Below, one piece after another: positions 1 through 9,500 of a DNA stretch of 64,000 bases (position 1 is the first letter of the stretch; each line of letters begins with the position of its first letter). The position numbers were made by a program, and so were the translations under genes. Source of the stretch: Bugula neritina (lineage: Eukaryota > Animalia > Bryozoa); assembly GCA_964035545.1 (NCBI GenBank), contig OZ037771.1, forward strand, positions 12,895,133 to 12,959,132, in the 5' to 3' direction. A model generated the notes under the pieces. It saw only the letters and a program-made list of their open reading frames with translations, was not told the origin of the DNA and made no database searches.

Positions 1-72
1 GGTGAAACAGTTGAGGAGTCAGTGTCTATATACTGTAAGATAAGAATATTGTCCATAGTTGTTTCAACATAC

Positions 73-685
73 CAATAAACTCCTCCTTAGACAAATTGTA
101 AATATGACTAGTTGGCCGCGTAGAAGGAAATAAAACTTTCCCATTACCTCCGATAATCACCTGAAACATATAACAATTTACACAATAAACAATTGTTGAA
201 AATTAAATCAAAACTAAACGACAAATAATTAAAATTTTCAATAAGTATATCAAAACTTTTAATGAATTAACAATATACACAGTTATACATGTATTATAAC
301 TGTGCACACAGGCACTCACACATATACACATTATACACACATGTAATATATATATATTTGTATTATTGTAAACCAAATAATATGCTAAGGATAAATTATT
401 CATCGCTCATAAATTTTATGATAAGTCAATTTAAAAGATGTGGAGCTTTGATTCTTAACTTAAAATAACCGATTTTCATTTAAAATTGTCAAAGCTAGCG
501 TAGGTACAGACCCAAGGTTCAAATTTCTGAGAAACAATGATTTAAATAAATGATCTTCTTGGTTTCTATTTTATACACTGCTGTGGTTGTGGCAACAAAA
601 CAATTGATAAATCTAAATTATAACAACTTTTTGCACTTACTTTGAAAAACTGAAAAATTATGAGAAGGAGAAAAGCTCTCATCAT
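73..685 (-). CDS. 5' coding exons of an unidentified secreted/membrane protein gene (continues off the left edge)
   Basis: Exon 641-773 (tttttag acceptor, gtaagt donor) has an ATG at 685 giving MMRAFLLLIIFQFFK. It splices in phase 0 to exon 73-160 (tttcag / gtatgt), VIIGGNGKVLFPSTRPTSHIYNLSKEEFIG. The N-terminus is signal-peptide-like. Confidence 0.6.
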
Positions 686-2565
686 ACTTCTTAGTCAACG
701 AACTTTAAACAATGACTGGACTTATTAAAGATTTCAAAATATCAGGAATGAAGCTTGAACTTGTTCTGGTAACCTAAAAATTGTATAATTATGATTTAAT
801 TATTAAGACCCACCATCTAAAACTTAAATAATTACAGTCGCTATTAAGAATTGAATTCAGTTTAACTGAGTATTGCATCGCTGGTGTTACAGTCTACATT
901 TGATGGAAGTCATCTCTACATAGAAGTTATAAGAGTCAAGTCAAGACACTAACTAAACCTACAGAGCTTCAAGTAATGGCAAACAATGACTTGAGTTGAA
1001 TTAAGTTGCAAATTGTTGATCAAATTAATATACACATCAAATGCTTATTTAAAAATGATTAGTGCACATTAACAAAAATAATTTGGTGATTACTACAATT
1101 TAGCTAGACATAAAAATAAGTTGTAAAATTTAGTTTTAGCTGATAGTGTTAGCTCTATCTAATAGCTTTACTTTTTATTTTAGCTTTAGGTTAGATTATT
1201 TTTAATTTGCTGTTTAGTCAAGTTGGACAAAAAAAAATTAGTGAAATGGCTGAGGGCAAACTTAGAATAACAGGTTTGCTTTTTTAAAGACATAGAAAAA
1301 ATTTTTATGAACTGAAAGATGTTGCATGAAGTAAATTAATTACATAATAATACTCAAACATATATCACTTGTATCTAATATAATTTATACTCATAGTCAT
1401 TAGCTTCCTACCTTATCAGCAGGTTTTGTTCATGAAATGCAGTGCTAAATTTAAATAAATCAATCTCCCACCTATCAAAATGTCACTGTCAGTGTGGTAA
1501 ATGATGTATACTTATAGTACAACAATATTTATTTTAAGTAAAATATACACGATACTAAATAAGATACAACTAATACTAGATATCAACATCAATATGATAC
1601 AACTAGCATCATATTCATATTAATATTGGAAAATGTAATGGTCAGTGGAAGTATACTCTCAAGTGTCCCCTGGTAAACATAATGCAATAGATTATGGTCA
1701 AAAACGGCAACTCCAAGTCATGCCGTCTTTACATGCGGTGCCCGCTAATACATGCGGCGGCACCGCCAATAAATGCGCCAATAACTGCGGACAATACTAC
1801 GGAAATCTGTGTCGACTAATCAGGGTCGACCACTCATTTATAAGCAACGCCTTTCAGCGCCCACGGTCAGTCTTGGACAGTACTAGTAACTATCAGGATA
1901 ACTATATGTAATCGCTTTGACCCTTGTATATTTTTCTCATTTATGTATCATACTTTTACTCGTGTGAAATTGACTAAATACAATCCTCTCGCTTCTATGA
2001 TCAACTTGTTCGATTCTTCACATAACCCTACAGTGAATATGCAGTAATTACTAGCACACAATAACACCTAATCTAGTAGTAGTAGTAGTAGTAGTAGTGC
2101 ACGAAACTACAACAATAATTGATATTTACTTTCAGTATTAATTTAGATGTGTTACTACATACTAGTATCAAGTATTAACTAGCTTATACTTATAGTATTA
2201 GTTAATTATTAATTTATTTGTAATTTTAATTTCTGCCAACTGCGACATTGACACTAAATTGCTAACTCAGTAACTGACTTGCTAACTTAGTCTCAGTCTG
2301 AGTCTCAGACTGAGTGACTGAGACTCATTCTTAAGTCAAAAGGCCAATATCAATATGAATAGGTAATAAGTAACATATTTATAAGATAGATAGCTATAAA
2401 TATGCTACAGCTATACAATTTAAGTCTATGAAAATCATCATCATTACTATTAGTATTATAAATGCTAACACCATAATAACAAATGACACTCATTACGATA
2501 AACTTGAAATGATCAATGGATGATCAATTGGTCGCCTCTCTACCAAAGTACAAACGGCAAACGGC

Positions 2566-2611
2566 TGACTCGCTAGAAACTGGAAATTCCCCCTTATATT
2601 GGTCACGTGAC
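2566..2611 (+). promoter_or_regulatory. Putative promoter elements upstream of the RLR gene: kB site, ISRE-like motif, E-box/CLEAR palindrome
   Basis: GGAAATTCCCC at 2582-2592 (reverse GGGGAATTTCC, consensus NF-kB site), overlapping GAAACTGGAAA at 2576-2586, and GTCACGTGAC at 2602-2611. Confidence 0.5.
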
Positions 2612-2829
2612 GTGTCTCTAACCGCAAAAAGTATCAACAATAATATCGGCGTAAAGTCAGTTAGATTCTTGCCACAGTTGAAACAAGATATGACATTGTG
2701 TGTGTGTGTGTGTGTTACACTTACAGGTATCAACGTTTTATCAATAGTCAACCAACAGCTTCTTTAGTTACTAGATTGAAGAATAGAAAGTTTATTGGAT
2801 TAGAATTCAGTTTGGTAGAGTGCTACATT

Positions 2830-2870
2830 ACTAGTAGTAGTACTAGTAGTAGTAGTAGTAGTAGTAATAC

Positions 2871-2932
<62 letters not shown>

Positions 2933-3006
2933 CTAGTAGTAGTAGTAGTAGCAGTGGCAGCGGCAGCGGTAGTAGTAGTAGTAGTAGTGGTAGTAGTAGC
3001 AGCAGC

Positions 3007-3044
<38 letters not shown>

Positions 3045-3390
3045 CAGTAGTAGCAGTAGTAGTAGTAGTAGTAGCAGTAGTAGCAGTAGTAGTAGCAGTA
3101 GTAGTAGCAGTAGTAGTAGTAGCAGTAGTAGTAGCAGTAGTAGTAGTAGCAGTAGCAGTAGTACTGTAATTACATTTAGTTTTACTACTAGTACTAGGTC
3201 TAGTAGTAGTACTAACTGTCTAATGCTAGTACTATACACTTCGAATACAACTACTACTAATACTACTAGTACTAGTAGTACTACTAAAGGAACTACTGCA
3301 TCACTACCACACTCACCATTACTATAATTGCACCCACTACTATTTACTCTTACTACTGTTTTACTACTACTACTACTACTAGTACTACAC
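2830..3390. repeat. (AGT/AGC)n microsatellite followed by a degenerate (ACT)n tract
   Basis: Directly visible: AGT repeats ~2830-3165, ACT-rich ~3240-3390. Confidence 0.95.
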
Positions 3391-3537
3391 TCACCACTAC
3401 AAGTACACCCACTACCGTCACGTGTACTACACTCACAGGTATATGCATAACTTCTCTTACATAGAGCTGAAAGTATCAACTGCTATGAACTTAAACTTGA
3501 GGGGAGAAAACACTAGGATATCAAGAGCTTGAGTGTA

Positions 3538-6500
3538 ATGGAAGATACTGATGACAATGAGCATAGCTTGGGCAAGATCCTTGAAACTTCTTTAGTTCTT
3601 CCAAGTGAATCAAGTAAGTTGAACTTAAAAAGTAAGCTTGTTCCAAGCTCTCATTTCAATAGTTTTTAGTTTTTTAATCCATCAATATGTGGACAGGCAA
3701 CTCCTAAATTATAAATATTTTTTTCAGAATAGCTTGTGTTCCTCATTGCTACCATTTTTCAAATTATCATTATATCAATTTTATAGATTCAACATTTACG
3801 AAGCAACCTGCAAGTGAAACACCAAGGCAGTCTCTGGAACTTCTTGGACCTGACTTCATAAAAAGTATGTCACCCTGTTATCTTTTCCAAGATAGTATTA
3901 TGGTGGGCTCTAATGCTTGCAATTATTATTCCAGTGTTTAATTATTAAATGGTCATAATAACGCCGGCTTTTATAGAAGAAATGATAATCATATATTTAA
4001 GTAATTATACAAGGAAAAAGGGTTGCATTTCGCTACCCTGAACTAAAAACAACATAAGTCACATTGTACACATCTAGATTCTAGTACAGCTAAACTCTAA
4101 CTTGATAGTCCCGAAGCTCTCTGCTTCACAGGGGGGCAATCACGTGATACAACGTGATTGGATACTTTCCATAGTCTGTCACGCCTTGAGATACCACTAC
4201 AAAGTGTAATCTGTGCTGCAACTGCACCTACACTATCCATTACACCGACTACTAGATTGTGTTGAGAAATCAACTCCTTTGCTCTGTTGTTCTTGTAGTT
4301 GTTAATACAACTTGCTCTTAAATTTAGAGATGGTGGTTTTGCTTAGTTTAAGTTTCTAATCTTCAGTTTTACATTTATAGAATGAAAGTTTAATATTTTT
4401 AGTTTAAAATTAGACAAACTGTTGACTAGAATTAGTGCTAAATCTGTAACTTTGCTTCTTCCTTATAATGTGTCCCACCCAGCGAATTGTTTTATTTTTA
4501 CAATCATCATTTCAGTGTATACAAGTGTGTAATATAGCACTGTGCTAGGGAACTGGAAATTCCATCTAGGGAATTTCATAAGGCTGGAATTTCCGACTGC
4601 GGTGCTATCAAATGACTCACCAAAATGAAAGTTACTTACTTACCAGATACAGCCTAGTAAAAGGCATTGTTAAAGTCAAGATATGGCTGGATATTTGAGA
4701 AACTGAAAATAACAAGTTTATTTAAACCACTTTTATGCAATAAGCTGTCAAAAGTTACTATATATGCTGAATAGTATGAGAATGGAAAATTCCCATCAAT
4801 TAGAAATTAATAGACTGCTGGAATTTCCATGTAATCAGCTACAAAGCCTGCTGCAAAGTGAATTTTGAGACTCTGCATGTGATTATTTGTTCAGCTGATT
4901 ATTTCTGCTAATATGTCTCACCTCCTTTACTTTAATTTCTAGCAAAGTAATTCTGCCCTTAACTCTACAACATGACTTTACTATTAGTATGATGTGATAT
5001 TAAGAGTTATTTGAGTGGACATGTCAAGGATTGTCAAACATAAACTAAGTGGATTTATGCTCTCATTTTACAATCTATTGCAGCTCACTGAGCAAATGTT
5101 CAACGTAAAAATATATGCTTAAAATATAAATTTCGTGATATTATGAAAACTAAAGAATTGATGAACTGTATTAAAGACTTATTATATAATAGTAGGTGTT
5201 CCTAGTAGGCTAATTTATTGCAGGCAATGGGGAGCCAGTATATCAAGACTATTCGGCCCCTACAGGAAGTTATGGCAAGCAGGCAGAACCTAATTCTGAA
5301 GTCAATGAGTCCTTTGCAGAACCTAGATCTGGTATAGAAATCAGCAAACTGCTAGGATCAGAGGCTAAAGGTGAACTGCTTATGCAATGCAATATGCGGT
5401 GGTTAGAGATGTCACGATACTCAATGATTTAAGATACAAAAGCGAAGTGTTAGGGAGTTTCAAGTATTGTATTAGCATCAAGTGGTTAACAAACGTCAGT
5501 ATCATCACATCTCTAGCAGTGGCACAAGTCTCTTTAAACTCACGCAAGTTTACAGTCACTATCCCTGTGAGAAACCCTCATGAAAAGGGTTTTTTAAAGC
5601 AGTTTAAGAATTTATTCATATGTGGCACAGGAGCAATTATAACTGGATGCTCTTCCTAACATCACTAATGGCCTTTACTGGGTTTGAACTTATGACTTCG
5701 TGTTCACATAGCCATAGCACAAGTATTTTTAAAGTATACAAAATTCTGTTCCAAATTACTTAATAAATTTTATGAAAACTTTTCTATTCAAGAGAATATT
5801 AGATGATTTCCTGCAGTCTGAAAAAGACTCTGTTGGTTTTGTTGTAGAGCTCATTAGCAGCCAGCCACCTAGATATAGCAGGGAGGATATTGTGGCTCTC
5901 AGAGATACTCCAGCCATCTTTCAATTGTGGAATTTAAATTACAAGGAACTTATTGCATCGGAGTTCTCTCAAATCTTTGTTGGAAATGGTATTACATCTG
6001 ATTTCTTAAAACCTCTTGAAAGTAGCATTTTACGCTAAAAACTTGAAAAATTTATTGTTTCTTTGATTACAAAACTACAATGTAATAGTCACAAAAGGTG
6101 AAGGCCATTTTTCCACATAATAAAGTTAACACTGTACTTCTGCTAGGATTTACTTTTGTGTGTGCTGTAGTCACGTGATGTGTGTGCTGTGCATACTTTT
6201 GCTATAGTACAGAACTTTGCATTACTCTCTTCTAGTCATTGATTTGGCGAATGAAGAAGAAGGTGACAACTCCAACTTCTTTCTTCGTCCGTATCAAGAA
6301 GAGATAGTGAAGAGATCATTGGCCGGAGAGAATGACATCATTCTACTTCCTACCGGCACCGGAAAGACACTCGTGGCCATCAAGGTCATTATTCAGCATA
6401 TTCAGAATAGATTGAAGAACGGTGAGCTTCCACGTCCATGATTTGTGTTCATCTGCTCCTAGAAATCATTGCCATAATATTGTGCTAACTCTGTGCAAAA

Positions 6501-9500
6501 CTGCCCCTTGTATTCGGAAAGAAATGTGTCTATAGTTGTGTTCAGTATTTGTTAAGTTACAAATACAGCGTCTACCAAATATAATGTATAATATAACTTG
6601 TAATATAGTTAAAATATATACTTTAACATGATATATAATGTATAATAAAATTCAATTATATTATATAATATGATGTATGGATATAATATATATAGTATAA
6701 TATAAATATGTAACTTAATACAGGTATATGACGTACAATATAATTAAAACAAATAATATAATACTAGTGTATGGTGTATAATATAATATAATACAAATAT
6801 AAAAGTATATAATATATATAATAAAATTAATGAAATCTAAATGAAAGTGAATAAAGGAAACTCCCTTGGAGAACTTTGGCTCTGGTGATTTCAATGTAAA
6901 TATGCAAGTTATACTTTATATTAAATTATCTAGGACAAAAGGTGAAGGTCATTTTTCTCGTGCCGAGAACTGATTTAGCTACTCAACAGCTAAAACAAAT
7001 TAGAAAGTTTATTCCCTCTGAATGGAAGGGCAAGGTGAGTCATTAGATCTCAGTGAGTGAAAGGGTGAGTCATTAGATCTCAGTGAGTGGAAGGGTGAGT
7101 CATTAGATCTCAGTGAGTGGAAGGGTGAGTCATTAGATCTCAGTGAGTGGAAGGGTGAGTCATTAGATCTCAGTGAGTGGAAGGGTGAGTCATTAGATCT
7201 CAGTGAGTGGAAGGGTAAGGTGAATCATTAGCTTTGTTTTTCGTTTCTGTCTCTTAAATATCAACACACATGAATATTATTTTCACAGCAAGCACTTTCC
7301 TTCCAAATCATTTTTTATAACAATAACACTTTCTTTACTTGACATATTTATTGAAGCATTTTCTCCCTGTGCTATCCTTACCAAGGGCACATTCCCTCAG
7401 TGTCATTTCTGTAATTGCTATAAACATCTGTCAAATTTAATGTACAATGTAACCCTCTGTACATTTGGTAGTCTGATAATCAAAATCACCCTATTTGCAT
7501 TTATGTATTTTTTTTATCTTCCTCTACCTACTCATTATTTTATATAAACTATGTTAAATATCTGTCATAATTGGTAGAACTTATGATATTTGTATACCAA
7601 TGTTTTAACAGAAGCATTATTCTTTATTGTTGCTTGTTGTTTGAATCAAGTTATCAATAGCTCCATGCATGTAGTAATAAACTTCAAGTAGTTTGAGTAA
7701 TGGGTTGCAGTCATATAATGTAGTGAAATTTGTTGGAATGTGATATAGTGCAATGCAATGCAATATAGTGCAATGTAATACAATGCAATATAGTGTAATG
7801 AAGTTTATTGTACTGCATTGCAATGCAATGTAGTGTGTTGTGCAGTTTAGTACATTGTAGTGCAATGCAGTGTAATATAGTGCAATGTGGTGTAATGTAA
7901 TGCAATGTACTGAAATTTAATGCAATGTAGTGCACTGTAATGCAATGTAGTGCGTTGTAGTGCATGAAGATAACTGGAGATGAGAACATGTCGGCCCACA
8001 TGGTCAAGTTCTACATGCGAGACACGGATAATCTTGTCATAGTCGTCACTCCGGCCATAGTCAGCAATTATTTCAAGACGTCTCGGGAGGCGTCGCTGTC
8101 TGACTTCTCTCTGCTTGTCTTTGATGAGTTTCACCATGCGACTAAGAAGCATGACTACAACTGGCTCATCAAACGATATGTACAGGCTCTAAATGGTGGT
8201 GACTCAGAGCTGCTTGACAACTCTCTACCTCAGGTTAATCTTATACTCCTCTCGGAAGTTCTTATCAGAAAGTCGCAAAATATTTCGACATTTTCTACAA
8301 TACAATTTGCATGTCATTATGTTCATACATGCATGTTTTTTTTCGGCCACCAGTAATGTATTTTAATGTGAATTCAGATTTCTACATATTTTCACAGAGA
8401 AACAACATTAGTAATACAGCGCATAATATCATATTTATAGTACATAGCAAAGTTATATGTAGTCTATTGTATATAACAGTATGTTGTTTTAACATATAAT
8501 GTAATATATGTAGGATTATATAGCACAATTGTATATAGTATATTATGTATAGTATGTAGCAATATGGTATGCAGTATATCATTGTATAGCAATACCAGAT
8601 ATAATATACTAATGAATAATATATAGTATACTAATGTATAGTAATATAATATATAGTATACTAATGTATAGTAATATATTACATTGTACAGTATATAGTA
8701 TATACTAATGTATAGTAATATAATATATAGTATATACTAATGCATAGTAATATAATATATAGTATACTAATGTTTTTCAACAGATGATGGGAATGACTGC
8801 CACCATTGGGATAGGATGTAGTAAAAGCCTTGATTCTGCCAGAGAGTTCATCCTCAGTCAGTGTGCAAAGTTTAACTTGAGAGCAGCCCCTTCTCAAGTC
8901 ACAAATCTGGATGGTTTCCTTAATCTTCCAGCCGAAGGTACAGAAATCTTATATCTGGTAATAGTAGCGTATAATGTTATTAGGATATAAACTATATAAC
9001 TCACCCAAGTTTATAGTCACTATCCCTGTGAGAAACCCTCTGATGGAAAGGGTTTTTTGTTAAATTCGGCTAAGGACTTATTCATATGTGATACAGGAGC
9101 AATTATGACTGAATGCTCTTCCTATAACATCACCAATGGCCTTTGTCGGGGTTCGAACCCATGACTTTGTGTTTACTAGGCAAACGCTCTAACCCCTAGA
9201 CCACGGTTACTCCCTAAGATATATATTATATAGGCTATATATAATAGTTGTGTGTTGTAGAATTCATTGTTGTGGACAAAAGGCTAGACAGTGTTTCCCA
9301 GTTCATACAGCATAATCTCATGTCGGCCATTGAAGCTCGAATCCTTAGTAAAAGTAAGCAGCTTGTATTTTATATTGGTCGGGAGTAACGGCTGCACATT
9401 TCTTACTGTTTTTTTATTTGCTGTAATTTGCCAGTAGATCTTTGCTGATTGCTTTTTCTACACTTTTTGCTGAATTGTTCAACATTCATTGGTTAGTTTC

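Noticed and set aside
1645-1911. 88-aa ORF in a GC-richer patch
   Set aside because: GTG start, no recognisable domain and no supported splice partners; more likely regulatory or transposon-derived.
2698-3479. Poly-Ser, poly-Leu and poly-Val ORFs
   Set aside because: They are translations of the (AGT)n microsatellite.
7617-8007. His/Cys-rich minus-strand ORFs
   Set aside because: They are products of a pentanucleotide intronic repeat.
9130-9214. Possible tRNA gene
   Set aside because: The A/B boxes run into a repeated SINE body present in several copies, so this is a SINE head.
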